64,000 nt of DNA from positions 32,001 to 96,000 of the forward strand of contig CBEUCH010000007.1 of NCBI GenBank assembly GCA_965541585.1. Reading direction: 5' to 3'. The translations under genes and the position numbers were made by a program. Of the stretch, positions 38,080 to 48,317 are shown piece by piece (positions within the stretch are counted from its first letter, which is position 1; each line of letters begins with the position of its first letter). Origin of the DNA: an uncultured bacterium. GTDB lineage: Bacteria; Zixibacteria; MSB-5A5; UBA10806. Under the pieces are notes generated by a model. The model was not told the DNA's origin. It made no database searches and saw nothing but the letters and a program-made list of their open reading frames with translations.

Positions 38080-38973
38080 TCAATTGTATTTTCCGATTTT
38101 AATTACTGGGTGTGGCGTCTCAGGGATTATAAGACTATCGCTAAAGAACATGATTTCTTTGCCTGAGTAGCGCGCCTGTGCACTATAACTTAAGCGATAA
38201 CAGAGTTCGCGCCTGTCCTTGTATAAAGAAGTTACTTCCGGAACGGCATCATACGAAACGATCCATGGCTGGCAAATCTGTTGTTGAATCGTTAGCGCCA
38301 AATTTCCATGATCACTATGCGTGAAATGGTTCTGATATAATTCTTTACCTTTAGCATAATATGGTGGGTCCATATAAATTAGAGTTTTCAGCGGTAGCTT
38401 GGGTAAAACCTTCCTTATGAAATCCCTACCGTCCATACAATATACGGAAATGCGGCTTTTGAATCGTGCAATGCGTTGAATTCTTTTTATTAAGTCCCTT
38501 TTATTAAATCTTGCATCAAGTTTCCACTTCCCAGCCTGGCCTTTGCCGCCAATCACACCTCCAGATATTATGCCTGATCTATTTGTACGATTAAGAAAAA
38601 ATGTACTGAACCCAAGTTCAAGGGCAGTGTGCCCATTTGGATTGTTTTGAATAGCTTTTTGTCTATGCCACTGTGCAATAGTGACTTTAGTATCTTGGAT
38701 AAGGCGGCATAGATGGTCAGTATTCTCTAATAAGGAAACCCAGAAGCTATATATGGATCTATCAAGGTCGTTGATATGAATTTGCCGAACATATTCTCCA
38801 AAAAGCATTGACCATGCTATACTAGCTCCGCCTGCAAAGGCCTCAACATAATGACCATCGTGCAAATCGTTTTCAGAAATGACAGTTTTTATAAACTTTA
38901 CTAAGGCGCCCTTTCCTCCGGGGTAGCGCAAAGGACTCGTAAATGGATGGTTTTGAGCTTTTGGTATGTCCAT
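38080..38973 (-). CDS. DNA adenine methyltransferase (D12 class)
   Basis: SPLRYPGGK, EAFAGGA, FFLNRTNRSG, YMDPPYY. Confidence 0.92.
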   Translation of the reverse strand: MDIPKAQNHPFTSPLRYPGGKGALVKFIKTVISENDLHDGHYVEAFAGGASIAWSMLFGEYVRQIHINDLDRSIYSFWVSLLENTDHLCRLIQDTKVTIAQWHRQKAIQNNPNGHTALELGFSTFFLNRTNRSGIISGGVIGGKGQAGKWKLDARFNKRDLIKRIQRIARFKSRISVYCMDGRDFIRKVLPKLPLKTLIYMDPPYYAKGKELYQNHFTHSDHGNLALTIQQQICQPWIVSYDAVPEVTSLYKDRRELCYRLSYSAQARYSGKEIMFFSDSLIIPETPHPVIKIGKYN

Positions 38974-38977
38974 CCGA

Positions 38978-40339
38978 TTAGGCCCATACCTTCTGGAAAA
39001 AGGGCTGGATGTTATCCCATATCCTTATTAGGTCGCTAGCGATCGGATTATAGTGCTGATTATGGACATATTCCTGCCAATTGCTAATCGAAAAAATAGT
39101 ATCTCTAGAGCTAACTAGAGTGCGAATGCCGTGGAGTTCTCTTTTGGAAGAAGCATCTTTATCTACTAAATAATCAACAATACGTGCTACCTTCTTTTTA
39201 AGTGGCAAATCTCTTTGGGTTTTCTTGCCGTCCTTGTCCGTTCGTACCTCTCTTAGGCTTATCCTTTTTATTCTTGCGAATTCATTTACACTCATTTCCA
39301 TAAATACGCGAAGAAGCACGGCAGATGAGTTTTCGAAGTCGTTTACCTTGAGCCGCTTAAGCTCGTCAAAGATTCTAGTCATTCTTGGCTGGGCAATATT
39401 CAGTCTCAATGATTTTGGAATAAGCGTTTTACGGCTTGCACCATTTCCCTTTTTCTTTTTTGTCCGCTCCTTTGCAGGCGTCACTTGCCCGGTTAGGTCT
39501 GTTGGGGCGATCTTCTTTCCTGGGGTCGGTAAATCTCTCGCCGCTACGGCAGTTGCATAACCTACACGTTGATCCTTAGTGTCGAGTTGAGTGACTTTAA
39601 TATGCTTGTTTGCTATATCGTTAACTACAATTGCCATTCGACCTACTGCATCGGTTTTTTCATCCGGATTGAGGAAAATAAGTTGCTTATTAATTATGTC
39701 CATTCCAATTATATGCCTCGCATCCGGAGTATTAATTAATCTTTGCAGGTTTGTAATAGGAATTCTGGCCAGTTTGTCGCGAGTTTCATCATCTAAAAAA
39801 TCACTATCTTTCACAATTTCAAGTAGCTGAGACTCCGGGGATTCTCCCCGGAATCGCGATGCGGCTATACCGTTCCAACTAATTATTCCAACACCGGCAT
39901 TCTCTCCTGTATGGCGAAGCTCAATCCACATTCTCGCCTTTTTACGGCTGGGTGCTACTGTACAATGAAGATTTACCGGGAGACTTGAACCATACTCTTG
40001 GTTTAGCGATTTTAGACGTCTTGCAATACTCGTCGGCAGCTTTAGGGAATCTACCAGTTTTGGCTCGGAGCATAATTTGATGGCAGCGACCCGCCTATTA
40101 CCCTCTAATACAGTATAATATCCCTTATCACTCGAATTTATAACGATCGGCATTTCTGATGGATTAGTGTCGTTTTGAGCTATGTGCTCCGCTAATTTAA
40201 CGAGCTTTTGTCCTTGTTCGATGGCTATTGTCCTAAGTGCTTCGCGTTGGTTATGTTGGGTTTCGAATCTAGGATTTTTGATGTCAAGTAACAGGTTTAC
40301 CAAGTCGATATCTTCATACTCATACTTCTCTTTAGACAT
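38978..40339 (-). CDS. ParB/Srx-like N-terminal domain protein with HEPN-like C-terminus
   Basis: LLLDIKNPRF, VLEGNRRVAA; C-terminal AVLLRVFMEMS...EYVHN. Confidence 0.65.
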   Translation of the reverse strand: MSKEKYEYEDIDLVNLLLDIKNPRFETQHNQREALRTIAIEQGQKLVKLAEHIAQNDTNPSEMPIVINSSDKGYYTVLEGNRRVAAIKLCSEPKLVDSLKLPTSIARRLKSLNQEYGSSLPVNLHCTVAPSRKKARMWIELRHTGENAGVGIISWNGIAASRFRGESPESQLLEIVKDSDFLDDETRDKLARIPITNLQRLINTPDARHIIGMDIINKQLIFLNPDEKTDAVGRMAIVVNDIANKHIKVTQLDTKDQRVGYATAVAARDLPTPGKKIAPTDLTGQVTPAKERTKKKKGNGASRKTLIPKSLRLNIAQPRMTRIFDELKRLKVNDFENSSAVLLRVFMEMSVNEFARIKRISLREVRTDKDGKKTQRDLPLKKKVARIVDYLVDKDASSKRELHGIRTLVSSRDTIFSISNWQEYVHNQHYNPIASDLIRIWDNIQPFFQKVWA

Positions 40340-40412
40340 CAATGAACTCCCTTCATTAATATTTCAAAAATCCAAGTTAGATTTCTATTCGGTTTTAAAC
40401 TCACGTATATAA

Positions 40413-40441
40413 AATATATTAATCCGTGATGTTTTTGGCAA
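40413..40441 (-). promoter_or_regulatory. Sigma70-type promoter of the ParB-like/methylase pair
   Basis: TTGCCA-17 nt-TATATT on minus strand. Confidence 0.5.
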
Positions 40442-40516
40442 GATAATATTATGAGAATTTCAGAGCAATCGCTTTCCCTTAAGGTATTGCTACTTATATA
40501 TTAGAGTAACTAGCAT

Positions 40517-41428
40517 TTATACCTTGTCCGCTCCCTTTCCCCCCTTCACCCCAATCGTCAAATCCTCATCCTGCCTTATATATACCGTTTGATGCGGGAA
40601 GGGGATCTCTATCCCCAGCCTGTCGAATTCGTTTTTCACGCGGCGGCGGAATTCTCTGGCCACCTCCCATTGCTTGAGCGGCGCCGTCTTGATGATCATT
40701 TTTATTATAACCGCTGAGTCATCCAGTGAATTGACGCCCAGGATGGTCGGCTTCTCCAGGATGACATTTTTGTATTTCTCATCCTCATGCATTTTCCGGC
40801 CGAGATCCTCCAGTACCTTCATCACCTTATCAACATCCTCTTTGTATGCGACACCGATATCGAGATTGGCGCGCGACCAGCCGTAGGTCATATTGCTGAG
40901 TATCTCGATCACACCGTTGGGAATAGTATGAACTATGCCGTCCAGATCCCGGAGAACTACGGTTCGCAACGTAATCTTCTCCACCAGTCCGGCGGTGCTG
41001 CCGATCCTGACCACGTCCCCGACCCTGATCTGGTTTTCCATTATCAGAAGAAATCCGCTTACCAGGTCCTTGACCAGCGCCTGGGAGCCGAAACCGATGG
41101 CCAATCCCAGGATACCGGCGCCGGCCAGTATCGGCCCTATATCGATCCCGAGTTCCTTTATGATAGTCATGCCACCTATGACTATTATAAGCATCCTGGC
41201 AGCGAAGGTGATAATCTGTACCAGCGTCGCAACCCGGCGCTCTCTTTCGTTTTCGGATGTGGGGTCGTCGTCTGCTGTCACGCGTATTATTCGCTCACCT
41301 ATCTTCTTGGATAACTTTGTGGCGATCCACATTCCGATTAATATGAGTACTATCTTTAAACCGTGAGTCAGCAGCCATCCCACGACAACATCGATTATTC
41401 TCGATGCGTTCTCAGGCAGGATATCCAT
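40517..41428 (-). CDS. Small-conductance mechanosensitive channel (MscS/YbiO-like)
   Basis: GLAIGFGSQ, RVGDVV, IPNG, GIEIPFP. Confidence 0.92.
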   Translation of the reverse strand: MDILPENASRIIDVVVGWLLTHGLKIVLILIGMWIATKLSKKIGERIIRVTADDDPTSENERERRVATLVQIITFAARMLIIVIGGMTIIKELGIDIGPILAGAGILGLAIGFGSQALVKDLVSGFLLIMENQIRVGDVVRIGSTAGLVEKITLRTVVLRDLDGIVHTIPNGVIEILSNMTYGWSRANLDIGVAYKEDVDKVMKVLEDLGRKMHEDEKYKNVILEKPTILGVNSLDDSAVIIKMIIKTAPLKQWEVAREFRRRVKNEFDRLGIEIPFPHQTVYIRQDEDLTIGVKGGKGADKV

Positions 41429-41647
41429 GTCTTTATACCTCCAGGATCATTGGCACATTATCCATATCTCTCTAAGACGTTTTTTGAATAAGGAATCATC
41501 AGTCGAATATCAAGAGATTTATCGAGGCATATCCCGGATCGGCGATGACAATTGCCCCACATGATGATCCGGGGGACGTTTTAGAGTCTCCTGGAGTATT
41601 TGAAAGTCAGGTTTGATTTTCTCTGGCGTTAACGTTATATTGGCGTT

Positions 41648-43183
41648 GTGTTAGCCACCATAACCTCATCGGCTGTTTTCGGGATAGACTCCTACCTGGT
41701 TCAGGTCGAGGTCGATGTGTCGTCTCAATTACCGGCATTTACCACGGTCGGCCTGCCGGAGGCGGCAGTCAAGGAATCCAAAGAGAGAGTCACGGCGGCG
41801 GTTAAGAATTCCGGTTTTATGTTTCCCAGCCGCAGAGTGACGGTCAATCTGGCGCCGGCGGATGTCCGAAAAACCGGGACGGCATTCGATCTGCCTATGG
41901 CGGTGGGGATTCTGGCTGCCACCGGCCAGATCGCCAGGAAAGAGTTCGATGATATAGTCATTCTCGGTGAACTTTCTCTTGACGGTTCCGTTCGGCCGGT
42001 TCCCGGAGTGCTGTCCATGGCGGTTGGCGTGGGCAAGGGTGAGATCCGATCCATGCTGGTGCCTGTTGAGAACGCCTCGGAGGCTGCCATCGCCGATAAG
42101 GCCGAAATAATCCCGATTAAGAATCTCAGCGAGGCAGTCGACTTTCTGGAGAAAGGCGATACGATAATCCCCCATAAGGTCGACGCCCCGGAGTTTTTCA
42201 AGTCGCATCGCAGATTCGAAATAGATTTTGCCGACGTCAAGGGGCAGGAGCATACCAAGCGCGCCCTGGAGGTAGCCGCCGCCGGAGGGCACAATATAGT
42301 GATGATAGGACCGCCGGGGTCGGGCAAGACCATGCTCGCCAAACGTATTCCCACCATCCTCCCGGATCTGACATTGGCCGAGGCTCTGGAAACCACCAAG
42401 ATCTATTCGGTTGGGGGGCATCTTATGCCGAACCAGGCCTTGGTGGGGACCCGGCCGTTTCGCGCACCGCACCACACAATCTCGGAGGTCGGCCTGACCG
42501 GGGGGACGGGACTTCTCCTGCCGGGGGAGGTCAGCCTTTCACATAATGGAGTCTTATTCTTAGACGAGCTTCCGGAGTTCAATAAATCTGCGCTGGAAAC
42601 CCTGAGACAGCCACTCGAAAACGGCTGGGTGACGATAACGAGGGCATCGGGCTCGGTAACCTATCCGGCCTATTTTATGCTGGCGGCGGCTCTGAACCCC
42701 TGCCCCTGCGGCTATTTCGGCGATCCGCATCATTCCTGCAATTGCTCGCCGGGACACATCCAGCGCTATGTCTCCAAAATCTCCGGGCCGCTTTTAGACA
42801 GGATCGATATTCATATCGAGGTGCCCGCGGTCAAATTCACAGAGCTTTCAAGCGATTCTACCGGTGAACCATCGGAGGAGATCAGAAAGCGGGTAAACCG
42901 AGCCCGGCGGTTGCAGCTTGAGAGATTTCAAAAGCTCGAGGGTATGTACTGCAATGCTAAGATGGAGACCAAATTGATCCGCAAAATATGCAAAATCGAT
43001 AATAATTCTCTGGCCTTGCTCAAAACTGCCATCACGAGACTGGGCCTCTCGGCGCGAGCTTACGACCGTATTTTAAAGGTGTCCCGGACGATTGCCGATC
43101 TGGAGGGCGCCGATGATATATCCTCGGCCCATATCTCCGAGGCGATTGGGTATCGGAACCTGGACAGGAATTACTGGCAGTAA
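41648..43183 (+). CDS. comM: YifB/ComM Mg-chelatase-like AAA ATPase
   Basis: VNLAPAD, GPPGSGKTM, PFRAPHHT, FLDELPEF, NPCPCG, SGPLLDRID. Confidence 0.95.
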   Translation: MLATITSSAVFGIDSYLVQVEVDVSSQLPAFTTVGLPEAAVKESKERVTAAVKNSGFMFPSRRVTVNLAPADVRKTGTAFDLPMAVGILAATGQIARKEFDDIVILGELSLDGSVRPVPGVLSMAVGVGKGEIRSMLVPVENASEAAIADKAEIIPIKNLSEAVDFLEKGDTIIPHKVDAPEFFKSHRRFEIDFADVKGQEHTKRALEVAAAGGHNIVMIGPPGSGKTMLAKRIPTILPDLTLAEALETTKIYSVGGHLMPNQALVGTRPFRAPHHTISEVGLTGGTGLLLPGEVSLSHNGVLFLDELPEFNKSALETLRQPLENGWVTITRASGSVTYPAYFMLAAALNPCPCGYFGDPHHSCNCSPGHIQRYVSKISGPLLDRIDIHIEVPAVKFTELSSDSTGEPSEEIRKRVNRARRLQLERFQKLEGMYCNAKMETKLIRKICKIDNNSLALLKTAITRLGLSARAYDRILKVSRTIADLEGADDISSAHISEAIGYRNLDRNYWQ

Positions 43184-43245
43184 GGAGATTCAATTGGCCG
43201 AATTGCGCTTGACTTTCGCTCAGAATCCCGCCTTTTTTTAAAATT

Positions 43246-43932
43246 ATGGATTTTTCGCCCACTCAGGTCACCTCAATCGCTCTTGTAGTGATAGCCGGAA
43301 CGGCGATCAGTATTCTCTCGTGCGTCGATAAGGCCACCGATGGTCACGGCGTATTCGACGTCTACGGCCGGGTGGTATATCGTCCGCCATTGTACGCCTC
43401 ATCGGCGGAATTCCATATTTATAGCAACGGTGAAGCTGTAACCGGCGCAATTATAACGGTTGAGGAAGATGTTATCCCGGTGGTGGATACGGCATTCGGG
43501 TATTACAGTCTTCCGCTGGAGATACAAATCGGTGATACTCTGGAATATTCGGTCAGCTCGGAATTTGGCTCGCTCTTCGGCAGCGTCATAATCCCCGACA
43601 CGGCGCAGATTATCCAACCCCTCGAGGGCGATACTCTAATATTCGGTCTGGCTTTCACTGCAAGCTGGCAAAGGGTCTCCGAGGCCGATGGTTACTATTC
43701 TTATCTTGAGAACCAGGCGGGATTCGTGGCGGCGGTCACCGAGATCTATTTTGATACCACCGCTATCCTGCCCGGAGAGTATTTTTTCGAATCCGGTTTC
43801 GACAATTTCTGGCTCGAGACCCTGACCGGGAATATCGTTAGAGGGTCCACGCCGGATGGCAGGATCCTCCCGCGCGGCGTTGTGGGTTCTGCCGGCAGTT
43901 ATAGAGAGGTATATATAGATTTTGCAGACTAA
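43246..43932 (+). CDS. Hypothetical lipoprotein
   Basis: Hydrophobic N-terminus ending ILS-C; acidic beta-rich body. Confidence 0.6.
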   Translation: MDFSPTQVTSIALVVIAGTAISILSCVDKATDGHGVFDVYGRVVYRPPLYASSAEFHIYSNGEAVTGAIITVEEDVIPVVDTAFGYYSLPLEIQIGDTLEYSVSSEFGSLFGSVIIPDTAQIIQPLEGDTLIFGLAFTASWQRVSEADGYYSYLENQAGFVAAVTEIYFDTTAILPGEYFFESGFDNFWLETLTGNIVRGSTPDGRILPRGVVGSAGSYREVYIDFAD

Positions 43933-43978
43933 AGATCAGCTTGTTTCCAATGGAAATAAGAAAAAAAGCGAGTAGCAA

Positions 43979-45382
43979 ATGACCGATATGCAAAAAACGA
44001 TCAGAAAGCCAGCCTCGTTTTCCGGGATTGGCCTTCACACCGGCGTTGAGACAACGATAACCTTCAGGCCGGCGCCTATCAATCACGGAATAACGTTTAT
44101 ACGGACCGACCTGGAGGACTGCCCGGAGATTCCCGCCGACGTCGATCATGTAGTCGACCTTAAGCGTGGCACGACTCTCGGTTTTAACGGCATCAAGGTT
44201 CACACGGTGGAGCATGTGCTGGCGGCGATTGCGGGATTGCAGGTAGACAACCTGAAGGTGGAGTTGTCGAATTCGGAGCCGCCGGTGGGGGATGGTTCCG
44301 CCTGGCATTTTGTGGAAGCGATAACAGAGGCAGGGATAGTCGAACAGGACGCTCCCAGGGAATATCTCCAGATTGATGAGCATATAACGTATACCGAAAG
44401 AGAACGCGGTGTTGATCTGGTAGTCGTGCCATCGGATAGATTGCGCATAACATTTATGGTTGATTATAAAAATCCCGCCCTGGGAACTCAATACACCACG
44501 CTGGTCGATTTAGATAAGGAATTCATCGAGGATTTTTCCAAAGCTCGAACCTTCTGCTTCCTGACCGAAGTGGAACAGTTGCTTGAGGCGGACCTGATCA
44601 AGGGCGGCAGCCTGGACAATGCCATAGTCATTATAGATGAAAACCTTACGGATAAGAGAGCAAAGAACCTCGGTGAGAAGTTTAAAGAAAAGCGAAAAAT
44701 ATTCGCCGGGAAAAGCGGGATATTAAATGATACTCCCTTGAGATACTACAATGAACCTGTCAGGCACAAGGCGCTCGATCTTCTGGGAGATCTGTTCCTT
44801 ATAGGAGTCCCGTTGAAAGCTCATATCCTGGCAGCGCGCTCGGGACACGCCGCCAATGTTGCACTGGCCCGTAAGATTCGAACCATCTACCAGAAGCAGC
44901 TTCTGTCGGCCAAATATCAAAAGGGGAAAACGGAGGGCAAATTTCTGCTCGATATCAATGCCATTTTAAAGATTATGCCGCACCGTTATCCATTTCTGAT
45001 GATTGATAGAGTTCTGGATATGGAGGGTTCGTCCAGGATCGTGGCCATTAAAAATGTAACCGTAAACGAACCGTATTTCTCCGGCCATTTTCCGGGAAAG
45101 CCGGTCATGCCGGGGGTGATGATCGTGGAGGCCATGGCGCAGACCGGAGGGCTTCTGCTTCTGAATGCCATTGACGATCCGGACAATAAGCTGGCGTATT
45201 TCATGGGCATCGATGGCGTGAAATTCAGAAAACCGGTAACACCCGGCGATCAGCTCAGGATGGAGATCGAGATGTTGAGTTTCAAGCGGTCGACCATCAA
45301 GATTGCCGGCAAGGCATTCGTCGATGGGAAAGTTGTCGCCGAAGGCACATTTCTGGCGGTAGTAGTTGATAAAGATGGGTGA
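43979..45382 (+). CDS. lpxC: Bifunctional LpxC-FabZ
   Basis: GIGLHTG, TVEH, ARTF, RHKALD; C-terminal PHRYPF, GHFPG.PVMPGV. Confidence 0.97.
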   Translation: MTDMQKTIRKPASFSGIGLHTGVETTITFRPAPINHGITFIRTDLEDCPEIPADVDHVVDLKRGTTLGFNGIKVHTVEHVLAAIAGLQVDNLKVELSNSEPPVGDGSAWHFVEAITEAGIVEQDAPREYLQIDEHITYTERERGVDLVVVPSDRLRITFMVDYKNPALGTQYTTLVDLDKEFIEDFSKARTFCFLTEVEQLLEADLIKGGSLDNAIVIIDENLTDKRAKNLGEKFKEKRKIFAGKSGILNDTPLRYYNEPVRHKALDLLGDLFLIGVPLKAHILAARSGHAANVALARKIRTIYQKQLLSAKYQKGKTEGKFLLDINAILKIMPHRYPFLMIDRVLDMEGSSRIVAIKNVTVNEPYFSGHFPGKPVMPGVMIVEAMAQTGGLLLLNAIDDPDNKLAYFMGIDGVKFRKPVTPGDQLRMEIEMLSFKRSTIKIAGKAFVDGKVVAEGTFLAVVVDKDG

Positions 45383-46163
45383 GGAGATATCCGTGAAGCG
45401 GCATCCCACGGCGATAATCTCGTCAAAAGCTGAAATAGGCAAGGATGTTGCAATTGGGCCATACTCCACAATCGAGGACGATGTCGTTATTGGCGATGGC
45501 TGTTTTATCGATTCGGGCGTTTCAGTGAAATCCGGCGCCAGAATCGGCAATAACGTAAAAGCATATCATGGCGCGGCAATCGCCGGCCCACCACAAGACC
45601 TGAAATTCGCAGGAGAGAAATCGGAGTTGATCGTTGGCGATAACACCATTATCAGAGAATTTGTCACGCTCAATAGGGGCACCAGGGCCTACGGGAAAAC
45701 AGAGATCGGGAAGAACTGCCTGTTTATGGCTTACTCGCATGCCGCCCATGACTGCATTATAGGTGATAATGTAATTCTGGCCAATTCCGTTCAGATGGGG
45801 GGGCATGTGGAAATCGGCGACTGGGTCATAATCGGCGGAGGCACTGTGATACACCAGTTTTCGTTGATCGGGGAGCACGCCATGATCGGGGGAGGGTTCA
45901 GGATTACCCAGGATATTCTGCCTTACTGCATAGTTGCGGGCTATCCATTGCGGTGCCTGGGGGTCAACTCCACAGGTTTGAAGCGGCGGGATTTTTCGGA
46001 GGAGAAAATCGCGACGTTGAAAAAGCTTTTCCGGTATCTGATGTCTAAGAAAATGAATACCAGGCAGACCCTCGAGAAAATCGAACAAGAAATAGAAAAG
46101 ACCCCCGAGGTAGTGAATGTTCTTGAATTTATGAGTAAGAGCGAACGCGGGGTGATAAAATAG
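45375..46163 (+). CDS. lpxA: UDP-N-acetylglucosamine acyltransferase
   Basis: HPTAII, hexapeptide repeats, PQDLKF, IREFVT, HAAHDC, IHQF. Confidence 0.95.
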   Translation: MGEEISVKRHPTAIISSKAEIGKDVAIGPYSTIEDDVVIGDGCFIDSGVSVKSGARIGNNVKAYHGAAIAGPPQDLKFAGEKSELIVGDNTIIREFVTLNRGTRAYGKTEIGKNCLFMAYSHAAHDCIIGDNVILANSVQMGGHVEIGDWVIIGGGTVIHQFSLIGEHAMIGGGFRITQDILPYCIVAGYPLRCLGVNSTGLKRRDFSEEKIATLKKLFRYLMSKKMNTRQTLEKIEQEIEKTPEVVNVLEFMSKSERGVIK

Positions 46164-47152
46164 ATTCCGGAATCCGGGTCGGTCTTGTTGGATGCGGTCA
46201 TATGGGTCGCTTTCATGCCACCAGGTTGGTCGAGCAAAGCTCGATTGAATTCGTGGGCTGCCACGATATAGACGCCTCCAGGTCTGCTTCTTTTGCTAAA
46301 GAATATAGGATTAAGTGCTTCGACAGTATAGAATCGATTGTCGGTGAGATAGACGCTGTCAGCATAGCAGTGCCCACTATCAGCCACTATGAAGTGGCAT
46401 CGAAGTTTCTCGAGGCTGGTGTGGCCGTTCTCCTCGAGAAACCGATTGCCCACGATCTCGAATCCGCAGAAAGACTGGCATCGCTTTCAGAGGAGAAGGA
46501 TGTCGTTCTGCAAATCGGCCATTCAGAACGATTCAATCCGGCGTTTATGGCCGTGGAGAGCGGGATTTCCGACCCGAAATTCATCGAGACTCATCGCTTA
46601 GCGCCGTTTAAGGGTCGAGGGGATGATGTTGCAGTTATTCTCGACCTCATGATTCATGATCTTGACCTGATTCTTGCCATGACCGGGACAATGCCCTATA
46701 AAATAGATGCCGCCGGGGTTGCGGTGCTGACCGACACGGTGGATATCGCCAACGCGCGTCTCTCGTTTCAGGGTGGCTGTGTGGCGAACATAACAGCCAG
46801 CCGGATCTCCATCAAAGAGATGAGAAAACTCCGGGTTTTTCAAAAATCAGGATATACGTCAATAGACATGGCGGCTCGTGAGGCCGAGCAGTATCGGGTG
46901 GTCAATAGCGATGATGAGGCATATAAGAAGGCCTCGATTTTAGCCAGATTCAATCTCCCTGATGGCCGAGCAGTAGTGCGCAATTCAGTAGAGATACCGC
47001 CGGGGGATAATCTGAAATATGAGATATCATCGTTTGTCGAAGCCGTCAAAGGCGAGCATCAGCCCGTGGTTTCCGGTCGAGACGGCCTCAATGTCCTGCG
47101 AGTAGCCACTCAAATCGAGAGTCTCTGCCGGGATTACCTCAGAAGCCTTTGA
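46160..47152 (+). CDS. Gfo/Idh/MocA oxidoreductase (GnnA-like); probable non-ATG start
   Basis: IRVGLVGCGHMG upstream of ATG 46202, LLEKP, GHSERFNP, DLMIHDLD; between lpxA and lpxB. Confidence 0.85.
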   Translation: MDSGIRVGLVGCGHMGRFHATRLVEQSSIEFVGCHDIDASRSASFAKEYRIKCFDSIESIVGEIDAVSIAVPTISHYEVASKFLEAGVAVLLEKPIAHDLESAERLASLSEEKDVVLQIGHSERFNPAFMAVESGISDPKFIETHRLAPFKGRGDDVAVILDLMIHDLDLILAMTGTMPYKIDAAGVAVLTDTVDIANARLSFQGGCVANITASRISIKEMRKLRVFQKSGYTSIDMAAREAEQYRVVNSDDEAYKKASILARFNLPDGRAVVRNSVEIPPGDNLKYEISSFVEAVKGEHQPVVSGRDGLNVLRVATQIESLCRDYLRSL

Positions 47153-48282
47153 AAGATTCCATTCTAATAATTGCCGGTGAGGTCTCGGGCGACAATGTCG
47201 GGGGCCTGCTGGCGGCGGAGCTAAAACTCCTTCGACCAGACATTGAACTGTTCGGGCTCGGGGGCGACCGGATGGATGTTTCGGGAGTTGATATTAGATA
47301 TCATGTAAATCAGCTTTCCTTTCTCGGTTTCTGGGAAGTTCTAAAACATATCCCGTTTATCAAAAAAGTGGAAAGAGATTTATCGGGCCAGATCATGGAA
47401 CGGAAACCCTCCCTGGCGGTCCTTATAGATTACCCCGGTTTCAATCTAAGGCTGGCCAGGAAACTCAAAGCGCTGAATATCCCTGTCATGTATTATGTCA
47501 GCCCCCAGGTCTGGGCGTGGGGACGGGGGCGTATCGCGAAAATCAAAAAGCTGGTGAATAAGATGGTGGTCGTTTTTCATTTTGAAAAAGAGATGTATTC
47601 TAAAGAAGGGATGGAAGTTGAATGGCATGGTCATCCGCTTATGGAAATTGTCAGATCTCGCTATGAGCGCGCTGAGTTTATGGGAAAGCTGGGAGTTGAG
47701 TCCGGCCTGAAATATATTAGCATCCTTCCCGGATCGAGAAAGCAGGAAATAGAGAAAATATTACCGGTAATGAAAAAGGCCCTTGAGATATCGTCGTCAG
47801 CGGGTCGCGGTTTGCGTGGGATCGTCGGATGCGCTCCCGGAATTGATATTGATTTCTATCGGAATATCTGCGGCCATGACATGCTATATGTTCAAGGTTT
47901 TATATACGATCTTATGAAATATGCAGAATTGAACCTGGTGGCATCGGGAACTGCGACCCTCGAATGCGCCATACTTGAGAAACCTCTTTTCATATTGTAT
48001 AAGACCTCTGCAGTAACGTACATGATCGCCAAAAGGCTGGTGAAGATTCCCTACGTCGGCCTGGTGAACGTTGTGGCCGGGGAAAAGATCGTGCCGGAAT
48101 TTATCCAGAAGGATTGCAGGAGTGATCTTATCGCCGGGGAGATCGAGTTGTTTTTCGCGGACGGCGATTACAGGCACCGGATGTTGAAACGTCTATCATC
48201 AGTGAAGGATAAGCTGGGCGCAGCGGGCGCATCAAAGAAGGTCGCCGAGACGGCCCTGGGAATGATGGCCTCGCCCCGGTGA
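47149..48282 (+). CDS. lpxB: Lipid A disaccharide synthase
   Basis: AGEVSGD, IDYPGFN, SPQVWAW, PGSR, SGTATLE. Confidence 0.96.
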   Translation: MKDSILIIAGEVSGDNVGGLLAAELKLLRPDIELFGLGGDRMDVSGVDIRYHVNQLSFLGFWEVLKHIPFIKKVERDLSGQIMERKPSLAVLIDYPGFNLRLARKLKALNIPVMYYVSPQVWAWGRGRIAKIKKLVNKMVVVFHFEKEMYSKEGMEVEWHGHPLMEIVRSRYERAEFMGKLGVESGLKYISILPGSRKQEIEKILPVMKKALEISSSAGRGLRGIVGCAPGIDIDFYRNICGHDMLYVQGFIYDLMKYAELNLVASGTATLECAILEKPLFILYKTSAVTYMIAKRLVKIPYVGLVNVVAGEKIVPEFIQKDCRSDLIAGEIELFFADGDYRHRMLKRLSSVKDKLGAAGASKKVAETALGMMASPR

Positions 48283-48317
48283 TTGACATCCTTGATGATT
48301 TGAAATAATTTTGGGTC

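Noticed and set aside
38030..40520. IS or transposon boundaries around the methylase islet
   Set aside because: No transposase, terminal inverted repeats or target duplication seen.
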